A stretch of DNA of 64,000 nucleotides from Malacoraja senta (Eukaryota). Below the pieces are notes generated by a model. It saw nothing but the letters and a program-made list of their open reading frames with translations, was not told where the DNA came from and ran no database searches. Shown one piece after another: positions 49,371-61,457 of the stretch; the stretch's first letter is position 1, and every line of letters starts with the position of its first letter. The translations under genes and the position numbers were made by a program. The stretch is taken from the NCBI GenBank assembly GCA_038087875.1, contig CM075996.1, positions 10,666,001 through 10,730,000 of the forward strand, read 5' to 3'.

Positions 49371-50190
49371 AGACGCGTCCATGTTCAATAAATCTAGATT
49401 TCTCTAACTTCAAGTAACCCTCTCTCTCTCCATCCCTCCCCCTCCTTAGTCGTTGTACTAGTTTCACTGTCGTTCTGGTGAGTTTCATTGTCTGTATAAT
49501 TTGTTAACACCGACCGAGCCCACAGCCAACCAACAATGGACCGTTTCCTTCATCATCGTTACTTTTTTGCATATCGTTCATTCATTTGTTCCATATCTCT
49601 CTACATCACCGTCTATATTGCTAGTTTCCCTTTCCCCTGACTCTCAGTCTGAAGAAGGGTCTTGACCCGAACGTCACCTATTCCTTTTCTCCAGTGATGC
49701 TGCTTGTCCCGCTGAGTTACTCCAGCTTTTTGTGTCTATCTTTGCCCATGTTGGTTGTGGGATAAGATTAACTGGGGACAGAGGGGACTGCTATCCATCC
49801 ACAACCAGGCAATCTCTCTGTATTGAAAGGTGATACTCCCTGCTCGGTGGAAGTTTCATTGACAATCTCCAGTTTCTTTAGTCTGGACACAAAGGGAGGC
49901 CATTCGGCCTGCCGTGGCCTCTGGAGTACCCCCATCAGTGCTGTTGTCCCGTCGATATCCCTGTGACCTTTTTTTTTCTCAGGTGCCCTATAGCTCCCCT
50001 GGGTTCTCCTGCCACCACCTTGCGGTGGACTTTCTGTGGTGGTCCCTGCAGGGCAGAAGGTCTCTCAGCCTCACGTGTTTCCACAGTATCAGTGGGTTCC
50101 GTGTTGGAAAGTCTGAGGTCTCTCCGCTTCCACTGATGGGAAACATCGGGGCCAAACGTTTGTCTAATGTTGTGTTGCTGTTTCTTTCAG

Positions 50191-50284
50191 AAAAAGCTCT
50201 GCCCCTGGTGTACTGGTGCTTGGGCACAGCCTGGTACCAGTTAACAACGGCCATCTCCTTGATCGATGTCTTTACTCTGTCCAG
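50191..50284 (+). CDS. SUN2: SUN2-like coding exon 5
   Basis: EKALPLVYWCLGTAWYQLTTAISLIDVFTLSR matches the conserved SUN1/2 hydrophobic block (LYWWAGTTWYRLTTAASLLDVFVLTR). Canonical AG/GT boundaries. Confidence 0.92.
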
Positions 50285-50789
50285 GTACGTGCTCCGGGGA
50301 TCCACAGACTCCCTTCCTCCACCTGGTTAACTGAAGCAAAGTCACCATCCCCACTGCCTCCTCCATCTCCTCCCCACCTCTGTACTGAACACACCCTCCC
50401 ACAGGACACCCAGTCACACTGAACTCCCGATAAACCCACCACAGAACAGCCATTCTCACTGTACTCGACAATGCCTTACAACGCTTACAGTGGCAGAGAC
50501 CCAGATTCCATCCTGACTACAGGTGCTGCCTGTTCAGAGTTTATACGTTCTACCCATGACCTGAGTGGGTTTTTCCCGGTACCTCCGGTTTCCTCCCACA
50601 CTCCCAAAGACGTAAAGGTTTGTAGGTTGATTGGCTTAGTTTAATTGTAAATTGTCCCTAGGCAGGGGGAGGGCGTGGGATCTCGTACAGGACAGAGACA
50701 CGTGAGAGGCTACAAGTTGGTATGGAGGGTGATGTGGGGAAGGTTAGTGGACAGAATAGGCAGGTGAAAGGGAGAGAACGAGGAAGGAG

Positions 50790-51990
50790 GGTTGGTTTAA
50801 ACTGCACGTAAAGGGGCCTGATGGGTAAGGCAGATGAGCTGAGGGCATGGATAGGTACGAGCGACTGGGACGTTGTAGCCATGACTGAAACCTGGTTAAG
50901 GGAGGGGCAGGACTGGCAGATCAATGTTCCCGGAGTACTGGAGCTTCAGGACAGACGGGTGAGGGAAAAAGAGGAGGGGGGGTTGCCATTGTTGGTTAAG
51001 GAGGATGTCACGGCAGTGTTCAGAGGTGACATTACGGAAGTTTTGTCTAGTGAAGCTATATGGGTGGAGCTGAGGAACAAGAAAGAGATGATCGCTTTGT
51101 TGGGGGTGTACTACAGAACCCCGAATAGTCAACGGGAATTAGAAGAACAAATGTGCCAGGAGATTGCAGGCAGCTACAGGTCAAATAAGATTGTTGTAGT
51201 AGGGGATTTTAACTTTCCCAAGATAGACTGGGAAAATCATAGCGTGAAGGATTTAATAGGGGTGCAATTCCTCAAAAGTGTTCAGGAGAGTTTTCTTAAC
51301 CAGTAGTGGAGGTCCCCACATGTGAGAAGGCAACGCTGGATCTAGTATTGGGGAAAGCAAGTTAATGTAGTGTTTGTGGAGGAGGCTTTCAGGTCCAGTG
51401 ACCACAGGACAGATTAAGGTTTAAGATAGTTTATGGATTGGGACGGAGAGGGTCCACGTGTAAAATGCACAACTGGGGTAAGGCCAACTTTGAGGGTATG
51501 AGAGAAGGTCTCACTCAAGTTGACTGGAGCAGGTTATTTGAGGGGAAAGGAACATGGACCAAGTGGGATGTTTTTAAGTGTGCTGACGAAAGCTCAGCAT
51601 ATGTACGTCCCGTTAGAGTGAAGGGCAAAGCAGGCAAACGTAAGGAAGCTTGGCTGACGAGGGAAATTGAGACGTTGGTCAAAAACGAAGGATGCATGGG
51701 ACAGGTATAGGCAGCTGGGATCAAGTGCATCCCGGAGGAGTTTCAGGAACTAAAGAGTAAACTGAAAAAGGTGATCAGAATGGCAAAAAAGGGGCCAGGA
51801 GATAGCTCTGATGGGTAGCAACAATCCCAAAAGATTTTATAAATACAGAAAGGGGAAAAGGGTAACCAGATAAAGAGTGGACCTCTCAGGAATCAAAGCA
51901 GTCACATCTGGGTGGAGCTACAGGAGATGGGCAAGGAACTCAATGAATTATTTTCCTCTATTTACCGAGGAGAAAGACAGTAAGACGGAA
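50790..51990 (+). mobile_element. Old CR1 LINE endonuclease region
   Basis: MTETWL, GVYYR.P and GDFN motifs, with stops and frameshifts. Confidence 0.8.
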
Positions 51991-52555
51991 GGCAGACAAA
52001 AATGCTGGAGAAACTCAGCGGGTGAGGCAGCATCTATTGAGTGATGGAATAGGTGACGTTTCGGGTCGAGACCCTTCTGACTGATGGGGAGATGAAAGGA
52101 AGAGGCGGAGACTTTGGACTGGGAGAGCTGGGAAGGGGAGGGAAAGGAGGGAGAAGCAAGGACTACCTGAAATTGTTCATACTGCTGGGGTATAAACCAC
52201 CCAAGCAAAATATGAGGTGCTGCTCCTCCAATTTGCGGTGGGACTCACTCTGGCCACGGAGGAGGCCCAGGACAGAAAGGTCGGATTCGGAATGGGAGGG
52301 GGAGTTGAAGTGCTGAGCCACCGGGAGATCAGGTCGGTTCATGCGAAGTGTGTGGAGGTGTTGGGCAAAGTGATTGCCAAACCTGCGCTTGGTCTCACCG
52401 ATGTAGAGCAGTTGACACCTAGAGCAGCAGATGCAACAGATGAGGTTGGAGGAGGTGCAGGCGAACCTCTGCCTCACCTGGAAAGACTGCTTAGGTCCTT
52501 GGATGGAGTCAAGGGGGGAGGTAAAGCGACAAGTGTAGCATTTCCTGCGGTTGCA
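51991..52555 (-). mobile_element. Penelope-like element GIY-YIG endonuclease fragment and terminus
   Basis: CTSSNLICCICCSRCQLLYIGETKRR...EEQHLIFCLG. Confidence 0.85.
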
Positions 52556-52569
52556 CCCCCACCCTCCCG

Positions 52570-52800
52570 CCAGTGGAGACAGAGGAGAGCGAGAAGGGGG
52601 AGAGAAAGGGAGAAGAGAGAAAGTAGAGGGAGGGAGAGAGAGAGGGGGGAGAGAGAGAGGGGGGAGAGAGAGAGGAGGGAGAGAGAGGAGGAGCGAGAGA
52701 AGGAGGAGAGAGAGAAGGAAGAGGGGATGGGGAGAAAGAGAAGGGAGGAGATGGGGAGAGAGAGGAGGAGAGAGAGAAGGGGGAGACGGGAGGGTGGAGG
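52570..52800. repeat. GA-rich low-complexity tract
   Basis: Nearly pure purine on the plus strand. Confidence 0.9.
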
Positions 52801-54123
52801 GTCATTTTCCCACACAAGCCATAGGTGACTGGGCAATCTGAACCCAAGCACCGAGTTGTAAGCGGCCGAAGGTGCGTATTCCTCGGGACAGCCCCCACTC
52901 TCCCACGGCCACCCTTCGCGGGCTGTGGGTCGGGTGGAGCGGAGGTGTGGGACAATGTTCATCCCTCCACAGTGATGTGATGGACGCGGGTCTGGGCCAA
53001 TCGCTGACAAGTCCCGCCCCCCGGCAACGTTATGTCCGTTATTTGACTTTTCAGTTGAGCGGCATTCGGTTTGTTGGCTTGTAGGCAACGCTGCCTTTCG
53101 GGTAGGTGGCATTTCGGTAAGTTTGCTTTTACGCGACGCAGCCTTTCAGTTAGTTGACTTTTAGGCATCCCGCCCTTTCATTTAGTTTGCATTTAGGCAT
53201 CCCGCCCTTTCGGTTAGTTGGCGTTCTGGCTTAGTTTTCATTCGGTTAGTTGTCGTTTCGGCTTTGTTTCTATTCGGTTATTTGGCTTCCACTTCTTTGT
53301 TTCGGCTTCTCGTCCATTGGCGCCACGTCCGCACACGAGCTGGGACATTGTTGGTCAACATGGGCAAGTTGGACCGAAGGGCCTGTTTCCAAACTATCGC
53401 TCTATGATTCTAGTCTGTATAGGGTAGAGTTAGTGGGCGGGAATCGTTGGTCGGTACGGACTTGGTGGGCCGAAGGGCCTGTTTCTATCCTGTGTCTTTA
53501 AACTAAACTTAAAAAATTATACCCCATTTATTGTAGCCCAGGTAAACCCACCACAGGCTAACCCACTTAAACCCCAGATAAACCCACTTGAACATAGAAA
53601 AATAGGTGCAGAAGTAGGCCATTCGACCCTTCAAGCCACGGACTACAAGATAGCCTGCCCACACTCTACCCCAGATACACGCACCCACAGAACAGCCCTC
53701 TGATACTGTACCCGAGGTTGACTAATCTTTCACCAGTGTCACCATGGTTCTGAGCTTTATGTGTGTGGAATGAAGGTCTGTCAGCAGCGTGGGTCCATGG
53801 AGGAGTCTGTCCATCTCTTGACCATAATCCTTGACCTGATTCTGTCTGTTTGATGGGAGCATTCGATTTGCTTGAAACGTGTGTGTGGAAAGGAACTGGA
53901 GATGCTGGTTTAAACCGAAGAAAGACACAATAAGCTAGAGTAACTCAGCGGGTCGGGCGACGTCTCTGGAGGGAAGGAATGATGACGTTTCAGGACAACG
54001 CCCCTTCTTCAGACTCCAGAGATGCTGCCCGACCCACTGAGTTACGGCAGCTTTTTGTGTCCATCTCGCTTGAAACGGGGTTGGGATCAATAGCCAGCTG
54101 ACGTGTGTGTGTTTCCCCTCCAG

Positions 54124-54176
54124 GTGTGTCCCTCACGTGAAGAAGTGGATGCTGCTGGTGTTGCTGGCATTACTGG
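54124..54176 (+). CDS. SUN2: SUN2-like coding exon 6 (transmembrane segment)
   Basis: (R)CVPHVKKWMLLVLLALLG. CAG acceptor and G|GTAAGG donor, phase 2/1. Confidence 0.82.
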
Positions 54177-54999
54177 GTAAGGACCTGCTCCATTTCGCAT
54201 CTCACTTCATCGATCATTGATGTCTGCAGGACAATATGAAGAGAAAATCTTCACTGAGGGTTTGAGCAGTTGAGGCAAAGCATGAGGAGAAACAGTCATG
54301 TTGAGAGTAAAGGATTAAAGTTGGAGGGACGGATTGGGTGGGTCCTGGGCTGTATTTAGCAGTCTGTTTGACAGAACAACATTGGTGAATTTATAGTGTA
54401 AACTGAGTATCCGGAGCCCAAGGTTCTTATTGGAATTAGAGAGTGAGGTCCAAGCAGCTGAATTGAGGTTGTGTTATATAGTTCATAAATTATAGCACAA
54501 TTAGGCCATTTGGCCCATCAAGTCTACTCCACCATTCAATCATGGCTGATCTATCTTTCCCTCTCAACCCCATTCTCCTGCCTGTCCCCCATAACCTCCG
54601 ACACCCGTACTAATCAAGAATATCAATCTGCACCTTAAAATACCCATTCACGTGGCCTTCACAGAAGTCTGTGGCAATGAATTCCACAGATTCACCATCC
54701 CCTAACTAAAGAAATTCTACCTCGTCTCCTTTCTAAAGGTACATGATTTTGTTCTGAGGCTATGGCCTCTGGTCCTATACTCTCCCACTAGTGGAAACAT
54801 CCTCTCCACATCCACTCTATCCAGGCCTTTCACTATTCGGCAAGTTTCAATGAAGTCCCTCCTCATCCTACAGCGAGTACAGGTCCAGCGAGTACAGGCC
54901 CAGTGCCCACAAATGCTCATCACACGTCAACCCACTCATTCCTGGGATCATTCTCGTAAACCTCCTCTGGACCCTCTCCAACGCCAGCATATCCTTCTT

Positions 55000-56243
55000 A
55001 GATACATAGATACATAGAAAATAGGTGCAGGAGTAGGCCATTCGGCCCTTCGAGCCTGCACCGCCATTCAATATGATCATGGCTGATCATCCAACTCAGT
55101 ATCCCGTACCTGCCTTCTCTCCATACCCCCTGATCCCCTTAGCCACAAGGGCCACATCTAACTCCCTCTTAAATATAGCCAATGAACTGGCCTCAACTAC
55201 CCTCTGTGGCAGAGAGTTCCAGAGATTCACCACTCTCTGTGTGAAAAAGTTTTTCCTCATCTCGGTCCTAAAGGATTTCCCCCTTATCCTTAAGCTGTGA
55301 CCCCTTGTCCTGGACTTCCCCAACATCGGGAACAATCTTCCTGCATCTAGCCTGTCCAACCCCATAAGAATTTTGTACGTTTCTATAAGAGATCCCCTCT
55401 CAATCTCCTAAATTCTAGCGAGTATAAGCCAAGTCTATCCAGTCTTTCTTCATATGAAAGTCCTGACATACCAGGAATCAGTCTGGTGAACCTTCTCTGC
55501 ACTCCCTCTATGGCTATAATGTCCTTCCTCAGATTTGGAGACCAAAACTGTACGCAATACTCCAGGTGTGGTCTCACCAAGACCCTGTACAACTGCAGTA
55601 GAACCTCCCTGCTCCTATACTCAAATCCTCTTGCTATGAAGGCCAACATACCATTCGCTTTCTTCACTGCCTGCTGCACCTGCATGCCTACTTTCAATGA
55701 CTGGTGTACCATGACACCCAGGTCTCGCTGCATCTCCCCATTTCCTAATCGGCCACCATTTAGATAATAGTCTGCCTTCCTGTTTTTGCCACCAAAGTGG
55801 ATAACCTCACATTTATCCACATTATACTGCATCTGCCAAACATTTGCCCACTCACCCAGCCTATCCAAGTCACCTTGCAGTCTCCTAGCATCCTCCTCAC
55901 AGCTAACACCGCCCCCCAGCTTAGTGTCATCCGCAAACTTGGAGATGTTGCTTTCAATTCCCTCGTCCAGATCATTAATATAAATTGTAAATAGCTGGGG
56001 TCCCAGCACTGAGCCTTGCGGTACCCCACTAGTCACTGCCTGCCATTGTGAAAAGGACCCGTTTACTCCTACTCTTTGCTTCCTGTTTGCCAGCCAGTTC
56101 TCTATCCACATCAATACTGAACCCCCAATACCGTGTGATTTAAGTTTGTATCCTAATCTCTTTTGTGGTACCTTGTCGAAAGCCTTCTGAAAGTCCAGAT
56201 ACAACACATCCACTGGTTCTCCCCTATCCACTCTACTAGCTAC
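55000..56243 (-). mobile_element. Young CR1 LINE nested in an older CR1 (54480-56350)
   Basis: ORFs 55383..56231 and 55096..55365 are almost identical to the 20775-24062 copy. Confidence 0.92.
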
Positions 56244-57619
56244 TACTCTTCAGATGTGGAGCCCAAAACCGCGCACAATACTCCAAATGTGGTCTGGCCA
56301 GTGCCTTATAAAGCCTCAGTGTTACATCCCTGTCTTTATATTCTATTATCAGGGTGCTTGTATTTGATAATCTCGCTGTTCTAACGCGTGCAAAGATGCT
56401 AATCTCCAGACTGCTCCCAGTAGCTGATACAGTAAGTGTAGGTGTGGGAAGAGGGAGTGTGGGTGATGAGTAGGGGAGTGATGGTGCAGGAGGGAGGGCT
56501 GTATATTCCTCGGGCACTGGCACTGGTTCTGAGGGCAGGTGGCACCTCGAGGCTGGGACAAATCTCCTCGATGGGTTTGATAACGCCGTTTGGATGGGTT
56601 GATATGGTTTGGTTTGGAAGGAAATTTGAGCCAAGATTTGGGGGGAAGCAGGGCAGAACAGGGAACGAGGGCATGAAGTTAGTGAGTGTTTGGGAGGAAG
56701 ACGAAAGAAAGGCTGGAATATCCAATGGAGGAGTGTGGCCCCACTTGATGCAAGGATTCCATCGAGGGGAAAATGTCAAAGGCTAGAGGGCGTGGCTTTC
56801 AGGTAAGAATGGCGATGTTTAAAGGAGATATTGCCCCAAAGTTGTTATTTAAGAGTGGTGGGTGTCTGGAATGTGCTTCCCGGGATAATGGTGGAAGCAG
56901 ATACGATAGTTGATGTTTAAGAATATTTTAGATTTTAGATAGGCACATGGATATGCAGGGAATGGTGGGAAATGGATCACATGCAGGTTGAGATTAGTTT
57001 AACTTGGCATCATGTTCGGCACCGACATTGGGCCGAAGGTCCTGTTCTGTGCTGTACTGTTCTATGTTGGAGGATGACTTGCTTTCACTCTGATTTTGTT
57101 CTGAGCAGATCATTATGGAGAAGGGAGACTGAGGGATGACAGTACTAGTTAATGATACGCTGTAAACTGTGAAAGGGATGATATGTGTAGGCAGGAACTG
57201 CAGGTGCTGGTTTAAATTGAAGAAGGGTCTTGACCCAAAACGTCACCCATTCCTTCTCTCCAGAGATGCTGCCTGTCCTGCTGAGCTTATTTCAGCATTT
57301 GTGACTATCTTCAGAAGGGATGATATGTTAGAAAGTCGTCATTGTCGAATGTAAGATCAAAATGGGCAATTGCTGACGCGAGTGCACTGTTGACCCCAAA
57401 TAGGGTGTGAGAGAGAACAAGTTCATAAGGAAATTTCCAACAAGTGTAAATGTGCAAGGACAATGTTGTTGGATTTCAATTCCCCGGAGGTGAATCGTGA
57501 TTAGTTGTAACTATTCATACGAGGAGGATAATATTGTTACAGTAAACAAATGTGAAATATTGTATGGGACGTGCAGAGAATAAGGGGAGGTATCAAGGGT
57601 CGATCATTTTAGTCAATGG

Positions 57620-58530
57620 GTAGCTCACCAGGCTGGGATGAAAGGTATCCCAGGATGTTGAAGGGAGCCAGGGAAGAAATTTATAGATGCTCCAACTGTG
57701 ATATTTTGATTCTTCCTCACTGCAGGAGTAATACTGGAGGATTAGATTACTAACATACAGTTGTTTAAAAAGGGAGCATGGGAGAGCCCAAGTAATTACA
57801 GGCCAGTTAGCTTAACCAGTGGTGGACAAATTATTGGAATAGATTCTAAATGGTATAAAATTCATTTAGAAGTGAATGATTTTTAGAACTGAGAGTAAGC
57901 ATGCTGGTAAAGGAGGCAGTGAAGAAAGGTAATGGCATGTTGGCCTTCATAACAAGCAAAGAGTTCCTTCTGCAGTTGTACGGGGCCCTAGTGAGACCAC
58001 ACCTGAAGTATTGTGTGCAGTTTTGGTCTCCAAATTTGAGGAAGGATATTCTTGCTAGTGGATGCCAATTCTCTGGATGCTTTCATAGAACATAGAAAAT
58101 AGGTGCAGGAGGCCATTCGGCCCTTCGAGCCAGCACTGCCATTCATTGTGATCATGGCTGATCGTCCTCTATCAATAACCCGTGCCTGCCTTCTCCCCAT
58201 ATCCCTTGACTCCACTAGCCCCTAGAGCTCTATCTAACTCTCTCTTAATCCATCCAGTGACTTGGCCTCCACTGCCCTCTGTGGCAGGGAATTCCATAAA
58301 TTCACAACTCTCTGGGTAAAAACATTTTTTCTCACCTCAGTCTTAAATGACCTCCCCTTTATTCTAAGAGTTTATTTCAAGAGAGTTAGATAGAGCTCTT
58401 AAAGATAGCGGAGTCAATGGATATGGTGAGAAGGCAGAAACGGGGTACTGATTGTGGATGATCAGCCATGATCGTATTGAATGGCGGTGCTGGCTCGAAT
58501 GGCCTACTCCTGCACCTATTGTCTATTGTC
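57620..58530. mobile_element. Cluster of CR1 fragments on both strands
   Basis: RT motifs on the plus strand. A CR1 tail on the minus strand (~58085-58370) and another on the plus strand (~58375-58530). Confidence 0.7.
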
Positions 58531-59396
58531 TAAAAGTTGAGTTAAGGAGAGGTCGTCGGGATTGAGTACATGCAGGAAGGCTCTGTCTGACTGATGGTTA
58601 AATGTTTGAGTTGGTGACGAAGAATTGATAAGGGCAGCATGTTTCATGGAGACTATGGTTTTCAGTGAGGTTTTTTGGCAAGGTCCCACATGGCAGACTG
58701 GTCAAAAGGTAAAAGGTGAGTGGTACATTGGAACCAAAATTAGATTTGTGGTAAAAAGCAAAGGTTAATGTGTGGGAAGGAACTGCAGGTAGGTTTACAC
58801 TGAAGATAAACACAAAATGCTGGAGTAACTCAACAGGTCAGACAGAATCTTTGGAGAAAAGAAATGGGTGATGTTTTGGGTCGAGACCCTTCTTGAGACT
58901 GAGGCAAGGGAAAGGGAAATGAAAGATATAGACGGTGATGTAGAGAGATATGGAACAAATGAATGAAAGATATGCAAAAAAGTAACAATCATAAAAGAAA
59001 CAGGCCGTTGTTAGCTGTTTGTTGGGTGAGAAAGACTACAGACAATGAGACTCATCAAGACGACTTGGAAGCTGGTACAACTTGGGTGGGGGAGGGATGG
59101 AGAGAGAGGGGATGCAAGGTTTACTTGAAGTTATAGAAATCAATATTCACACCGCTGGATTTTAAGCTGCCCGAGCAAAATATGAGATGTTGTTCCTCCA
59201 ATTTGCATTTGGCCTCACTCTGACAGTGGAGGAGGCCCAGAACAGAAAGGTTAAGTGTGGGAATGGGAAGGGTAATTAAAGTGTTTGGCAACCGGGAGAT
59301 CAGGTAGGTCCAGGCAGACTGAGGGCAGTGAGTGGACTGAGGCGACTGCATACCATGAATGTTGCTTGCTTCAGTGCAACCTTTCTGCCTCTGCAG

Positions 59397-59470
59397 GTGT
59401 TGGCCTCTTGATGTCATCCACAGGTATCTGGTCTCATGCCGAGACGCCGGGCGCGCTGGAAAGCACTCAG
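59397..59470 (+). CDS. SUN2: SUN2-like coding exon 7
   Basis: TGCAG acceptor, GVGLLMSSTGIWSHAETPGALESTQ, donor CAG|GTGAGC. The phase continues from the previous exon. Confidence 0.7.
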
Positions 59471-60416
59471 GTGAGCCCCTGACCGTTCCATCCACGTGCA
59501 CTCTCGCTCTTCCTCCTGGAGCCCTCTGCCTCCGCAGCTCACAGCTGCCCGTGAGCAGTCCGGGTGTCAGGGGTTATGGGGAGAAGGCAGGAGAATGGAG
59601 TTAGGAGGGAGAGATCAGCCATGATTGAATGGCGTAGATGGGCTGAATGGCCTAATTCTGCTCCTATCACTTATTACCTGATTACCCTGGAGCTGCCCTG
59701 GCTGCAGGATCCCTCGCAGTCCATTCACCCTTTTCCCACATTCTGGTACAGCCACCAGCATCCCAATAACTTGCACAATCACAGGACGTCCTCGGCACAA
59801 TCATGTCCATCCCTGGGACTCCAGGATAGTCATGGTGTTGTAGTCATGCAACATGTTGTTAGTTGGCCTCGCCAAGCAAGTTGGCGAACTGGACTCATTT
59901 GGCCCACAGTCCTCTAAACACTTTGTCAATATTTCTGTCCAAATGTCTTTTCAGAGTGTCAGAAACCAGTGAGTACCTGGTGGATCTTGGCATTCATTGA
60001 AACTCTTCCATAGCAGTAGGAGCTTAAAATGCATATTTAAAATTCCATGTGTGGGTTTTAGTGGGTTGGAGGTTGTTCTTCGTCCTTCCGCGGCCAAGCC
60101 TGACCTAATCGGCCATCCTGTCGATCAGAATAGGCTGTCCTCCCTGCCAATATACTTCAATAGACCATCCCTCTTGCCAATCACAATACCGAATACATTT
60201 GGCCGACCCTCCCTCCTTGTCTATTGTGCATGGGCTTCAATCAGCCATCCCTCCCGGCTTCTCACTGTGCCTTTGTCTGGTTGCCCGTTCACTTACACTG
60301 GAGGCCTGTCCTCCTGATGCAGCTGATGCTTGCAGTGGGAATGGCATGTGAATTGGCCGCAGCACTAGTGCAGCTAGAGGCATGTGCTTTGCAGATCTGA
60401 AAGGGAAGGGTGAGAG

Positions 60417-61047
60417 TCAAGTGAAGTCAAGAGAGTTTATTGTAATGTGTCCCAGATAGGACAATGAAATTCTTGCTTGCTGCAGCACAACAGAATATTG
60501 TACCATAAAATATATATATACACACACATAAATAAACAGATAAAGTGCAATAGGCTGTTATAGTTCGTAGTTTGTTTGAAGTTATGTTTAATAGTCTGAT
60601 GGCTGTGGGGAAGTAGCTGTTCCTGAACCTGGATGTTGCAGATTTCAGGCTCCTGTACCTTCTACCTGATGGCAGCGGAGAGATGAGTGTGTGGCCAGGA
60701 TGATGTGGGTCCTTGATGGTGCTGGCAGCCTTTTTGAGGCAGCGCCTCTGATAGATCCCCTCGATGGTAGGGAGGTCAGAGCCGATGATGGACTGGGCAG
60801 TGTTTACAACTTTTTGCAGCCTTTCCGCTCCTGGACGCTCAGTTTGCTGTACCAAGCCACGATGCAACCGGTCAGCATGCTCTCTACTGTGCACCTGTAG
60901 AAGTTCGAGGGAGTCCTCCTTGACATACTGACTCTCCGTAATCTTCTCAGGAAGTAGAGGCGCTGATGTGCTTTCTTTATGATTGCATCAGTGTTCTGGG
61001 ACCAGGAGAGATCTTCGGAAATATGCACGCCCAGGAATTTGAAGTTC
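60417..61047 (-). mobile_element. Rex1/Babar-like LINE 3' part
   Basis: FKFLGVHISEDLSW...KKAHQRLYFLRRL and HPGHTLISPLPSGRRYRS. Confidence 0.8.
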
Positions 61048-61152
61048 CCAAGAATGACAGCAGGGGCAGTGCACCTCCTTGAATTCACCCTCTGAATCCC
61101 ACTCCAGCCTGCCCCAAACTGAATACTGAATCAAGTGCAAAGCTGCAGGATC

Positions 61153-61457
61153 AGTTTAGTTTAGAGATAGAGCATGGAAACCGGCCCTTCGGCCCACCGA
61201 GTCCGCACCGACCAGCGATGCTCGCACCTTAACAGTACTCTACACACACTAGGGACAAATTTATATTTATACCAAGCCAATTAACCAACAAACCTGTACA
61301 TCTTTGGAGACTGGGAGGAAACCAAAGATCTTGGAGAAAACCTATGCAGATCACAGGGAGAACGCACAAACTCTGTACAGATAGCACCCGCAGTGAGGAT
61401 CAAACCTGGGTCTCTGGTGCTGTAAGTCAGCAACTACCGCTGCGCCACTGTGCCGCC
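61153..61457 (-). mobile_element. V-SINE/HE1-like SINE
   Basis: Full unit on the minus strand. Further copies at ~39170-39655, 50480-50660 and 62490-62770. Confidence 0.75.

Noticed and set aside
61321..61336. CAAAGATCTTGG as another footprint
   Set aside because: Part of the SINE body (compare CCGAAGATCTCGG on the minus strand of the copy at 63724-63736); no TSD.
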